From Patescibacteria group bacterium (GTDB taxonomy: Bacteria > Patescibacteriota > Minisyncoccia > Phycocordibacterales > DATDWN01), in NCBI GenBank assembly GCA_040389125.1, contig JAZKAN010000001.1, positions 47,398-111,397 of the forward strand: DNA of 64,000 nt, written 5' to 3'. Position 1 is the first letter of the stretch. Each line of letters opens with the position of its first letter. Below are positions 55,434 through 63,568 of the stretch, piece by piece. The position numbers and the translations under genes were made by a program. The notes below the pieces were generated by a model. That model saw only the letters and a program-made list of their open reading frames with translations. It was not told the origin of the DNA and did no database searches.

Positions 55434-55534
55434 GAGTAGATTACTACGTATATTGTAACGCACAAACATACATTTGCAAATAAATGGGTGTGAACAAATG
55501 GAACCCCAGCTCCACAAAACTTCTTTCTCCTCAT
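55430..55534 (-). CDS. Possible 34-codon upstream ORF coupled by ATGA to the next gene
   Basis: Hand translation gives MRRKKFCGAGVPFVHTHLFANVCLCVTIYVVIYS*. Its ATG lies inside one arm of the 17-bp stem and its TGA overlaps ATG 55433. Confidence 0.25.
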   Translation of the reverse strand: MRRKKFCGAGVPFVHTHLFANVCLCVTIYVVIYS

Positions 55535-55618
55535 TTCTTTTTTAGGGCACGCGATAAATTCTGCTGAATTTTCGCTCAATCTCCCGCCAGCGGTCCGAAG
55601 TCCCTAAAAAAGAAATGA
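55531..55618. repeat. 88-nt element closed by a perfect 17-bp inverted repeat (candidate structured RNA or regulatory element)
   Basis: TCATTTCTTTTTTAGGG (55531-55547) pairs with CCCTAAAAAAGAAATGA (55602-55618). An internal hairpin reads GCGATAAATTC-TGCT-GAATTTTCGC. An adjacent 6-bp hairpin sits at 55619-55638. Confidence 0.75.
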
Positions 55619-55672
55619 CTCAACGAAGTTTTGTTGAGTGGTTATGTAAAAATTTATTTCAGATACAACAAA

Positions 55673-55701
55673 GGCCGGGGGTGCAAAACGCACACCCGGC
55701 C
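55673..55701 (-). terminator. Intrinsic terminator of the 122-aa gene
   Basis: 12-bp GC-rich stem (GGCCGGGGGTGC/GCACACCCGGCC, one mismatch), followed on the minus strand by TTTGTTGT. Confidence 0.75.
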
Positions 55702-55711
55702 GAGCTTATTT

Positions 55712-56080
55712 CTAACGGAACCTGTACCAGAGGAGACCGTCTCCGTGGTTGGTCATCGCCTTCAGAAGCTTGAAATGAACACCGACCTTCTGAGCGATAT
55801 TACTCAGAACCTTGCAAATCTCTTCCTTCTCTCGATCGGTCAGAGTCAGATAAACCACACTACCATTATTTGGGAGTCCGTGGTCGAAAATCATCGGACC
55901 CGCAGTAACAGTTGGACGAGTAGAGTCTTCCTTCGGAAATATTCCGACACAAACTCGTGGAGTGGCGGGTGCCACACCCCGAAAGAATGAGTTGTCCGTT
56001 TCCATTGAAACGAAATAATGCTCTTTCTTGGCCAAACTAATCAGCTCGCCAAGAAGTGCTTCTCGCTTTTCACCGTTCAT
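55712..56080 (-). CDS. Hypothetical protein (GC-rich orphan)
   Basis: A 122-aa ORF with SD GGAGA 4 nt upstream and its own strong terminator. No motif recognised. Confidence 0.5.
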   Translation of the reverse strand: MNGEKREALLGELISLAKKEHYFVSMETDNSFFRGVAPATPRVCVGIFPKEDSTRPTVTAGPMIFDHGLPNNGSVVYLTLTDREKEEICKVLSNIAQKVGVHFKLLKAMTNHGDGLLWYRFR

Positions 56081-56145
56081 ATTTTCTCCAGTCTCTTCAT
56101 ATTATACACCTTATGAGACTGAAAGTCAATAGCTAGAAAATGGCT

Positions 56146-57366
56146 TTATTGCTTCCTAATTTTGTTGTAAAACACAGCGAGGATTCCTATGAATTCGTCG
56201 GATTGCACACGGGGGTTGTTTTTGAACATTTGCGAGAGCATTTCTGTGTTCAGGTGCATGATGTTTGCGTGATATCGAAACAGCGAGGTGGTATCGTTTT
56301 TTGGAAATTTGAGAAACTCAGTGTAGAGCTGTGCCACATCATCATCGGCAGTAATGTACACTTTGGATGGTAGGGACATTTTAGGAGACAGTTCGAGCAG
56401 AGCATTTTCGAGATAAATAGCCCATTCCCTCTCTATATCATCCAAAATTTTCTGCATATCCTGCTCCACTTCATCATCCCCTTTTCGTGATGACCATAGA
56501 TGAAACATGGACTCCGCGATTTCAGGAGAAACTCCGAGCGCTTTTGCAATCTGACGAATGACAAAATTTCGGCCCGATGGAAATGTTGCAGTTTGAACTA
56601 TTACATCATTTTGAACAAGAGTAATATCTGTTGCCTCTCCAGCCACATCCATAATCAGAAAATCTGTTTCATTTACAAAAATTTCTTTGATCGTTCCAAA
56701 TGAAACTACAGGAAATGTATGAACAATCATGTGATCCTTTGGAATATGTGAATTCGAAAAAATAATATCAGTTATTTTGTCTGATATTACTTTTGCAACC
56801 ACTGACAAACAAACATACGCATCAAATACTTTTGTTTTCTTTCCAATCACGTCACGAATTGCATATCCATTTATTTTGCTGTGCACAATCGCTTTTTCTA
56901 CAACCTCTAGTTGTCCATTAAACGCACCTCCATATTCAGTTGCCCTCATTTCTTGCTGAAACATTTTTGACTCTTCTTCAATCACATCTACTATAAATTT
57001 CTCTGTGATGATAAATGCGTTTTCCTGTGTCAAATGAATATGTTTTGTTTTCGACACATACCATGGTGATGAAAATGCGAGAAGTGCATTTCGCAAATGT
57101 TTTTTCTTTCCCTTCCAATATGGATCTTCAAATCCTCGAAGCATAGCCTCTTTAAGTAAATCAGTAAGTAGTGTACACGTACCCGATAGGAGTTGTGCCT
57201 CATCCAGTTTTTCTGACATGACAAACGGCAATCGGTTGGTATAGAGGACATACGGATTTGATTCAGGTCTAAATAGGACAAATGCGAGAGCAATGCTTCC
57301 ATTGCCAATATCTATCATGAGCGAGACTTCTTCGTGTGTGTCATCAAAAATCGAGAAAAGTGACAT
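56146..57366 (-). CDS. Actin-like ATPase of the FtsA/PilM type
   Basis: Phosphate-1-like MIDIGNGSIALAF and a later LIMDVAGEATDITLV (phosphate-2/adenosine-like). TGaTATTAT lies 6 nt before ATG 57366. Confidence 0.55.
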   Translation of the reverse strand: MSLFSIFDDTHEEVSLMIDIGNGSIALAFVLFRPESNPYVLYTNRLPFVMSEKLDEAQLLSGTCTLLTDLLKEAMLRGFEDPYWKGKKKHLRNALLAFSSPWYVSKTKHIHLTQENAFIITEKFIVDVIEEESKMFQQEMRATEYGGAFNGQLEVVEKAIVHSKINGYAIRDVIGKKTKVFDAYVCLSVVAKVISDKITDIIFSNSHIPKDHMIVHTFPVVSFGTIKEIFVNETDFLIMDVAGEATDITLVQNDVIVQTATFPSGRNFVIRQIAKALGVSPEIAESMFHLWSSRKGDDEVEQDMQKILDDIEREWAIYLENALLELSPKMSLPSKVYITADDDVAQLYTEFLKFPKNDTTSLFRYHANIMHLNTEMLSQMFKNNPRVQSDEFIGILAVFYNKIRKQ

Positions 57367-57403
57367 GTAAATATAATATCACAAAATTATATTTACATAC
57401 GAA

Positions 57404-57430
57404 TCGACCCCAGCGGTAGCGCGGGGTCGA
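57404..57430 (-). terminator. GC-rich hairpin downstream of the 110-aa gene
   Basis: 8-bp stem TCGACCCC/GGGGTCGA with an 11-nt loop. No clear T tract. Confidence 0.45.
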
Positions 57431-57438
57431 GGGTCGAA

Positions 57439-57771
57439 TCATTGGGTATGTCTTTTACAATCGGGACTTTTGCCAGTAAAGATTGTGCAGATGAACGGAC
57501 CCGGAGCGTGAATGTACTGTGCAATGACTACTTGATCACCGAGTAGCAGATTGCCCTGGCTAATTTGAGATCCGTCATTCTTGCGGCATGCGAGACGGAA
57601 TAGTATCCGATCCTCATATGCCACAAATATTTCTGTACGAACGCAAGTTACATCTTGAGCCACTACTACTTTGGCATTTTGGGTTTTATTGTTCAGACCT
57701 GCTACAGCAAATCCCACAGCCAACACCACATACACACTAAGAGTGAGTGCTACTTTATCATACGCAGTCAT
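57439..57771 (-). CDS. Hypothetical membrane-anchored protein (GC-rich orphan)
   Basis: N-terminal TM (VALTLSVYVVLAVGFAVAGL) and SD GAGGTG 4 nt upstream. Confidence 0.45.
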   Translation of the reverse strand: MTAYDKVALTLSVYVVLAVGFAVAGLNNKTQNAKVVVAQDVTCVRTEIFVAYEDRILFRLACRKNDGSQISQGNLLLGDQVVIAQYIHAPGPFICTIFTGKSPDCKRHTQ

Positions 57772-57813
57772 TGTACACCTCTACTTGTAACAATAATCCG
57801 GGGTGGAAAAATG

Positions 57814-59628
57814 TCAATCCAACACAGCTTTGATCCTGCGAACCCCAGCAGAAACCGCTTCCTCTTTTATAATTTTGAAATGTCCCAACACTTCCGTATT
57901 TGCAACATGCGGTCCGCCACAAAATTCTTTTGAAAATGCATTTTCCATGGTATCCCCAATAAAATAAATACTCACCTCCTCCCCATATTTATCTCCAAAG
58001 AAATGTCGTGCACCAGTTTTCATTGCGTCATCTTTTTTCATAATAACCATTTGCACGGGCAGTCTCTCATGAATTTTTTCATTTATAATATCTTCCACTT
58101 TTTTCTTTTCTTCGTCGGTCATTTTCATATCATGTGCAAAATCAAATCGAAGTCGCTCCGATGTTATGTTACTTCCCTTTTGTGATACATGCTCACCGAG
58201 TACATCATGTAATGCCTGATGTAACAAATGCGTTGCAGTGTGATATTTTGTTTCCATTTCGCCTGTACTTCCAAGTCCTCCTTTAAATTTCTGCTCGCTA
58301 CCAGCACGTGAGAGTTCCTGATGTTTTGTCAGTTCCTCGTGGAATCCATGCTCATCCACTGCATACCCCTTTTCCTGTGCAAGCTCGCGAGTCAGTTCAA
58401 ATGGAAAACCGTATGTTGAAAATAGCAAAAATGCGTCTGGTCCAGATATTTTCTTGCTTTTATATGCAAATGTTCCACCATGAGTCATTTTTTCGAATTC
58501 TCGCATTCCGCTATCGAGTGTTTTTCGGAATTTTCTCTCCTCATCCTCGAGCACCACAGAAATATTATTTTTCTTTATACGAATATCATCATACACACCT
58601 GCATATGTTTCAATAATGTACGGAATAAATGATGTCAGGAATTCAGGGTGGAGTCCCATGTTGTCTGCATGACGGACAGCACGACGAATGAGTCGTCGCA
58701 ATATATACCCGCGATCAGTGTTCGACGGCATGACACCATCTGCAATCATAAACACCGATGTGCGTACGTGGTCTGCCACAATACGTTCAGAACGAATATT
58801 TTCCCGTGTTGCATGTTCACGAATATGCCCAATGAGTGGTGCGAATAAATCTGTATCAAATATGTTTGTCTTGCCTTGGACTGCCATGACAACACGTTCA
58901 AGTCCCGAACCGGTGTCAACATTTTTAGAATCCAGTTTTCCTACGACCTGACCATCCGATTTGAGATATTCCATGAACACGTCATTCCAAATCTCGACGA
59001 TTTTCTGTTCATCATCAGCTTGCATGTATTCAGTTAAATTCATTCCATTACGAAGTTCACCAGTAATATCGTAAAACATTTCTGTATCGGGACCGCATGG
59101 GCCATTGTCACCCACACTCCACCAGTTTTTTGATGCTGGCCTAAAATAGATTCTCTCCCCTGCCACATTATTTTTCTCAAATATCTCTCTCCAAATTCCA
59201 GATGACTCCTCGTCTCGTGGAGCATTTTCGTCACCAGCAAAACAGGTTACGTAGAGTCGTTGTGGGTTGAGTCCAAGCCCCTCTGTCGGCGATGTTAGGA
59301 ATTCGTAACTCCATTCGATTGCCTCTCGTTTGAAATAGTCGCCGAGTGACCAGTTACCGAGCATTTCAAAAAACGTGTCATGTGTATTGTCGCCCACTTC
59401 ATCAATATCCACTGTTCGAACGCATTTCTGAGAGTTTGCGAGGCGTGTTCCCTGTGGATGCTTTTCTCCTAGGAGGTACGGCACGAGCGGCTGCATGCCG
59501 GCTGTATTGAACAGCACAGATGGATCATTTTCTGGCACAAGTGGTGCAGATGGAATAATAGCGTGCCCACGCTTTTCAAAAAAAGCGAGGAATCGTCTAC
59601 GAATTTCCTGAGATGTCATTGGGTTCAT
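57814..59628 (-). CDS. alaS: Alanyl-tRNA synthetase, C-terminally short form
   Basis: N-terminal FLAFFEKRGHAIIPSAPLVPENDPSVLFNTAGMQ and editing-domain HxxxH (TATHLLHQALH) with CGGPHV. It ends at about 604 aa, without the usual C-Ala/DHHA1-like extension. Confidence 0.9.
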   Translation of the reverse strand: MNPMTSQEIRRRFLAFFEKRGHAIIPSAPLVPENDPSVLFNTAGMQPLVPYLLGEKHPQGTRLANSQKCVRTVDIDEVGDNTHDTFFEMLGNWSLGDYFKREAIEWSYEFLTSPTEGLGLNPQRLYVTCFAGDENAPRDEESSGIWREIFEKNNVAGERIYFRPASKNWWSVGDNGPCGPDTEMFYDITGELRNGMNLTEYMQADDEQKIVEIWNDVFMEYLKSDGQVVGKLDSKNVDTGSGLERVVMAVQGKTNIFDTDLFAPLIGHIREHATRENIRSERIVADHVRTSVFMIADGVMPSNTDRGYILRRLIRRAVRHADNMGLHPEFLTSFIPYIIETYAGVYDDIRIKKNNISVVLEDEERKFRKTLDSGMREFEKMTHGGTFAYKSKKISGPDAFLLFSTYGFPFELTRELAQEKGYAVDEHGFHEELTKHQELSRAGSEQKFKGGLGSTGEMETKYHTATHLLHQALHDVLGEHVSQKGSNITSERLRFDFAHDMKMTDEEKKKVEDIINEKIHERLPVQMVIMKKDDAMKTGARHFFGDKYGEEVSIYFIGDTMENAFSKEFCGGPHVANTEVLGHFKIIKEEAVSAGVRRIKAVLD

Positions 59629-59664
59629 ATTATATATACTGCCACAAAATGAAGAAAACGAAAA

Positions 59665-59696
59665 CCCCTCCTACCCGGCGATCGGAGTAGGAGGGG
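59665..59696 (-). terminator. Intrinsic terminator overlapping the 3' end of the 112-aa gene
   Basis: 10-bp stem CCCCTCCTAC/GTAGGAGGGG, followed on the minus strand by TTTTCGTTTTCTTCATTTT. Confidence 0.7.
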
Positions 59697-60009
59697 TCTG
59701 AATTCGTCTGCATAGTGCATGAGTTAGCACCCAGTAGTGCCTTGGATTTCTCCTCCAATCCTCTCGAGTGCTTTTCTGCAGTTGATCCAGAAGTTCTTCA
59801 TGAGAAAATCTGTCTTGAAGCCACTTGACCATCATTTCCCGACAATAATTCAATTTTTGTCGGGAAATTTTTTGCTCATTCAGATACTTTCGTACCTCAA
59901 CGATCTTACTCTCCTTGAACTTCGCATCTTGAATGCTTGTTCCAGGAAAATTTCCTTTCACTAAAATCGGCTTTGCAGAACGAATGCACACCACCTCGCA
60001 TTTACCCAT
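59671..60009 (-). CDS. Hypothetical protein (GC-rich orphan)
   Basis: A 112-aa ORF with SD GGGAGG about 8 nt upstream and its own terminator. No motif recognised. Confidence 0.4.
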   Translation of the reverse strand: MGKCEVVCIRSAKPILVKGNFPGTSIQDAKFKESKIVEVRKYLNEQKISRQKLNYCREMMVKWLQDRFSHEELLDQLQKSTREDWRRNPRHYWVLTHALCRRIQTPPTPIAG

Positions 60010-60072
60010 CCCGAGAACCTCCCGTCTAAAATTCTATACCCTTAATTTTAAATTGTCGAATGTGTGAGTCGG

Positions 60073-60684
60073 TTACGAAATATATTTCTTTAGTACCTGA
60101 AAATCCTGAAGGAGTGTCTGTTTCGTTCCACCATTATATAGTGCAACTGCAGGGTGGTAGAGTGGTACGATATCCACCTTTCCGTAGCTCGCCTGTGCTG
60201 TAAATTCCTTGCCGTGCATTTCTCCAATCGGTCCGAGCTTATCATCAATACCCATTTGCGTCATGATGTACTCCATCGCAAACCGTCCGAGAGTCGCAAT
60301 AACTTTCGGTTGTATTATCTCAATCTGCCTATCGAGAAATGGTGTATATAACTTTATTTCAGCTGGTGTAGGATCGCGGTTCTCAGGTGGACGATCCTTT
60401 ACTACGTTTGTGATATACACGTCCTTGCGATCGAGACCAATAGAAGCGATCATTTCATCCAAAAGTTTCCCAGAGCGTCCACAAAACGGCCGTGCAGTTT
60501 CTGCCTCTGTTTTTCCCGGTGCCTCGCCAATGAACATGATCTGTGCAGTATGACTCCCCTCACCCACCACAGGAAAATACTTATTTTCCAATCGGTATTT
60601 ATACAAAGGAGATTTTTTAAACTCGAGCAATTCATCTCGAATTTCTTTCATTTTTTCATAACGCTGCTCCGGTGAAAGTGACAT
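60073..60684 (-). CDS. Uracil-DNA glycosylase, family 4
   Basis: IMFIGEAPGKTEAETARPFCGRSGKLL (GEAPG motif) and a C-terminal HPA-type block (LYHPAVALY). Confidence 0.87.
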   Translation of the reverse strand: MSLSPEQRYEKMKEIRDELLEFKKSPLYKYRLENKYFPVVGEGSHTAQIMFIGEAPGKTEAETARPFCGRSGKLLDEMIASIGLDRKDVYITNVVKDRPPENRDPTPAEIKLYTPFLDRQIEIIQPKVIATLGRFAMEYIMTQMGIDDKLGPIGEMHGKEFTAQASYGKVDIVPLYHPAVALYNGGTKQTLLQDFQVLKKYIS

Positions 60685-60749
60685 ACTTAAAATAAAATTA
60701 TTTCTTATTCTTCTCCTTTTTAGCTTGTGATTTTTTCATAATGCAATAC

Positions 60750-61598
60750 TTACAATGTTGCGATTTCGTCAATAACTCTTTTTGATGTTTCATCATCCAC
60801 TCCTATTGATGCAAGTAGGTCAGGATTTTCTGTGATTGTTTTACAGAGAACAACACCCTTATCCAAAAGTAGTTTTTTGTGAATACCATCGAGTGCAGTC
60901 AGACATGTCAGCGGATGTAGTTTTGCCTCAAGTATCATGTCGTGCAAGTTGCCATGCGGTGGATAGTTCCAGCCAATCATGACGAGTCCACCCTGGCACG
61001 ATCCGTATTCAATCGCCGTACTCGTAAATTTAGTGTTTGTTACGAGCCATCCTTCGTCGAGATCGCGTTCTGCACCACCTTGCTTTGCACCATACTTAAA
61101 TTTCATTTGTCGTAAATCATCAAACCGAGCCTTAACATACAATGCGATTTTCAAATCCGATCGAATACCGAGCTGGTTGTGAAATTTGGCCTCCACCATG
61201 ATCAGTTTCTTTTCATTCCACGCGACAACATCCACTTCATGCTCAACACAAAACCCTCGCACAATCTGCCCTGTGATCGCCTCATAGCCTTTGTATTTAA
61301 AAATTTCTGCAATGAAATCCTCAAACGGAAATCCCGATGGACCCAAATCCATCACTGCGCGTTTGATGGAGTATTTGATTGCAGTAGGACGATTATCCCG
61401 ATGAAGTAATGCAAACGCATGCGTGTATATTTCATGTGTGGTGATTCCATCTTTCATGGTTTCGCTCAGCGTGGACAATATCTCCTCGACCTCTTTTGTA
61501 CTCGCACCTGCACGTTTGAGCGAAAACTCTAATTTTTTTGTATCAAAAAATTCTTTCTTCCCGTCCGATTTTGTAACATATATTGGTTCTGTATTCAT
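60750..61598 (-). CDS. ATP-cone domain fused to an Mrr/PD-(D/E)xK-type restriction endonuclease-like domain
   Basis: N-terminal VTKSDGKKEFFDTKKLEFSLKRAG (ATP-cone start). The centre has FEDFIAEIFKYKGY...HEVDVVAW...LIMVEAKF (D...ExK nuclease core). TGcGATAAT lies 6 nt before ATG 61598. Confidence 0.65.
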   Translation of the reverse strand: MNTEPIYVTKSDGKKEFFDTKKLEFSLKRAGASTKEVEEILSTLSETMKDGITTHEIYTHAFALLHRDNRPTAIKYSIKRAVMDLGPSGFPFEDFIAEIFKYKGYEAITGQIVRGFCVEHEVDVVAWNEKKLIMVEAKFHNQLGIRSDLKIALYVKARFDDLRQMKFKYGAKQGGAERDLDEGWLVTNTKFTSTAIEYGSCQGGLVMIGWNYPPHGNLHDMILEAKLHPLTCLTALDGIHKKLLLDKGVVLCKTITENPDLLASIGVDDETSKRVIDEIATL

Positions 61599-61638
61599 AG
61601 GAGAATTATCGCATAAACATGTAGCCCAAACAACACAC

Positions 61639-61668
61639 CTTGACTTTTTAGTATAAAGTGTGATATAA
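61639..61668 (+). promoter_or_regulatory. Promoter TTGACT-18-TGaTATAAT for the ABC exporter gene
   Basis: TTGACT at 61639-61644 and TATAAT at 61663-61668, about 21 nt before the TTG 61690 start. Confidence 0.55.
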
Positions 61669-61689
61669 TGCGGACGGAAAGGATTAAAA

Positions 61690-63510
61690 TTGTCAGAACA
61701 AAAAAAGCAGAGTTTCAGTTCTCAGACGCTTCTCATCTATTGGCGTCACATTAAAGCCTATTGGCCACTGCTCATACTCTGCGCAGTTGGTATTTTCACT
61801 CACATCGGGTCCGATTTACTCGCACCCTTGATGTACAAGAAGCTTTTAGATTTACTCGCCATTGATCCATTTCATCCCGCACAACGCGGTACGATGGATC
61901 AGATCTACTTCACCATCAGATTGATTGTACTCGCAGCTTTTGGAACATGGATCGGATCGCGTATACAAATGTATGCCGTCCAAAAATTCGAGAGCAGCTG
62001 TATGGCTGATCTGAGTAACACATGCTTCAGGTATCTACACAATCACTCCTACAAGTTCTTTTCAGACAATTATGCTGGATCGCTTATCAAAAGAGTTAAT
62101 CGTTTTCCCGTCTGCTTTGAGATGGTAGCTGATCAATTCTTTCTTCAATTTGGACCAATCACCATACGGATTGTGTTGTTGCTTGGCATCATGTTTTCAC
62201 GCAACAAGCAGCTCGGATACGCTCTCCTCACCTGGACCATCGTATTCGTGTGTTACAACATACTCTTCTCTCGGTACAGATTAAAATATGATCTGAGGCG
62301 TGCAGAATTGGATTCTAAAGTGACTGGACGACTTTCAGATACGATCAGCAACAATATCAACCTAAAGTTGTTCGCGGGTATTGAACGAGAGAATTCCAGT
62401 TTCAAAAATCTCACCGATGAACATCGTCACGCACGCTATTTCTCTTGGAATCTGTACGAGCGATCAAATTGGTTTCAAGGACTTTCGATCATAATACTTG
62501 AAGCTATAATGATCACTATGGCAGTAACATACTGGAGCCGTGGAATTTTGACTCTCGGTGATTTTATACTACTGAGGTTTTATTTCAGGGATTTGGTAAA
62601 TAAAGTTCAAGAAATTAGTGGCAGTGTTCGTAAGTTGTACGAGGCAATGGCGGATGCAAACGAGATGACAGAAATCTTACTCACCAAGCATGAAATCTGT
62701 GATATCGAAGATGCACTCCCCCTTGTCGTCCAGGCTGGAGAAATAGAGTTTCATAACGTGCAGTTCCGATATACTGGCAACGCAAATTTAGTCCTCAAAG
62801 ATTTCAACTTGCGGACAAAAGCTGGTGAACGGATCGGCATCGTGGGCTCTTCAGGTGGTGGCAAGTCTACTATTCTCAAACTGCTCGTCCGACTACACGA
62901 CGTCACTGACGGTATGATCCTGATCGACAATCAGGATATCACCCAAGTGACTCAGAGTAGTCTCCATCGCAGTATTGCTTATGTCCCGCAGGACCCGATT
63001 CTTTTCCATCGCACGCTCATGGAGAACATTCGGTACTCGCGACCGGAAGCAACAGACGAAGAAGTAGTTCACGCTGCAAAACTGGCACACTGTCATGAGT
63101 TTATTTCTAGTTTTCCTCAAGGGTATGAAACTCTTGTTGGTGAGCGAGGAATCAAACTGTCAGGCGGTGAACGTCAGCGAGTGGCAATCGCACGAGCGAT
63201 CCTCATGAACGCTCCAATTATCGTACTGGATGAGGCAACATCAAGTCTCGATTCAGAATCGGAAGTGCTCATCCAAGATGCTCTATCAAAGTTGGTTGCG
63301 GGACGAACGGTTTTTGCAGTCGCACATCGTCTCTCGACAATCCGCAAAATGGATCGCATCTTTGTAGTCACGAATGGTCAGATCGTCGAAGAAGGCAACC
63401 ACGACCTTCTCCTCAAAATTAAGGATGGAACCTATCAGAAACTCTGGGAACTCCAGACTATGGATTCATCTGAGGATAAGAATGATCAGACTCAAGGATA
63501 TCTACAGTAG
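61690..63510 (+). CDS. ABC exporter, fused permease-ATPase (MsbA/type I exporter-like)
   Basis: Six-TM N-terminal domain, Walker A GSSGGGKST, signature LSGGERQRVAIARA, and Walker B IIVLDEATS. Confidence 0.88.
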   Translation: MSEQKKQSFSSQTLLIYWRHIKAYWPLLILCAVGIFTHIGSDLLAPLMYKKLLDLLAIDPFHPAQRGTMDQIYFTIRLIVLAAFGTWIGSRIQMYAVQKFESSCMADLSNTCFRYLHNHSYKFFSDNYAGSLIKRVNRFPVCFEMVADQFFLQFGPITIRIVLLLGIMFSRNKQLGYALLTWTIVFVCYNILFSRYRLKYDLRRAELDSKVTGRLSDTISNNINLKLFAGIERENSSFKNLTDEHRHARYFSWNLYERSNWFQGLSIIILEAIMITMAVTYWSRGILTLGDFILLRFYFRDLVNKVQEISGSVRKLYEAMADANEMTEILLTKHEICDIEDALPLVVQAGEIEFHNVQFRYTGNANLVLKDFNLRTKAGERIGIVGSSGGGKSTILKLLVRLHDVTDGMILIDNQDITQVTQSSLHRSIAYVPQDPILFHRTLMENIRYSRPEATDEEVVHAAKLAHCHEFISSFPQGYETLVGERGIKLSGGERQRVAIARAILMNAPIIVLDEATSSLDSESEVLIQDALSKLVAGRTVFAVAHRLSTIRKMDRIFVVTNGQIVEEGNHDLLLKIKDGTYQKLWELQTMDSSEDKNDQTQGYLQ

Positions 63511-63528
63511 TTCTTTCGTTTTAAATGT

Positions 63529-63560
63529 AGAGCACGGCTTAACAGTCGTGCTCTTTTCTT
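63529..63560 (+). terminator. Intrinsic terminator between convergent ABC exporter genes
   Basis: 8-bp stem AGAGCACG/CGTGCTCT with a 10-nt loop, then TTTCTTAT. Confidence 0.7.
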
Positions 63561-63568
63561 ATACAAAT

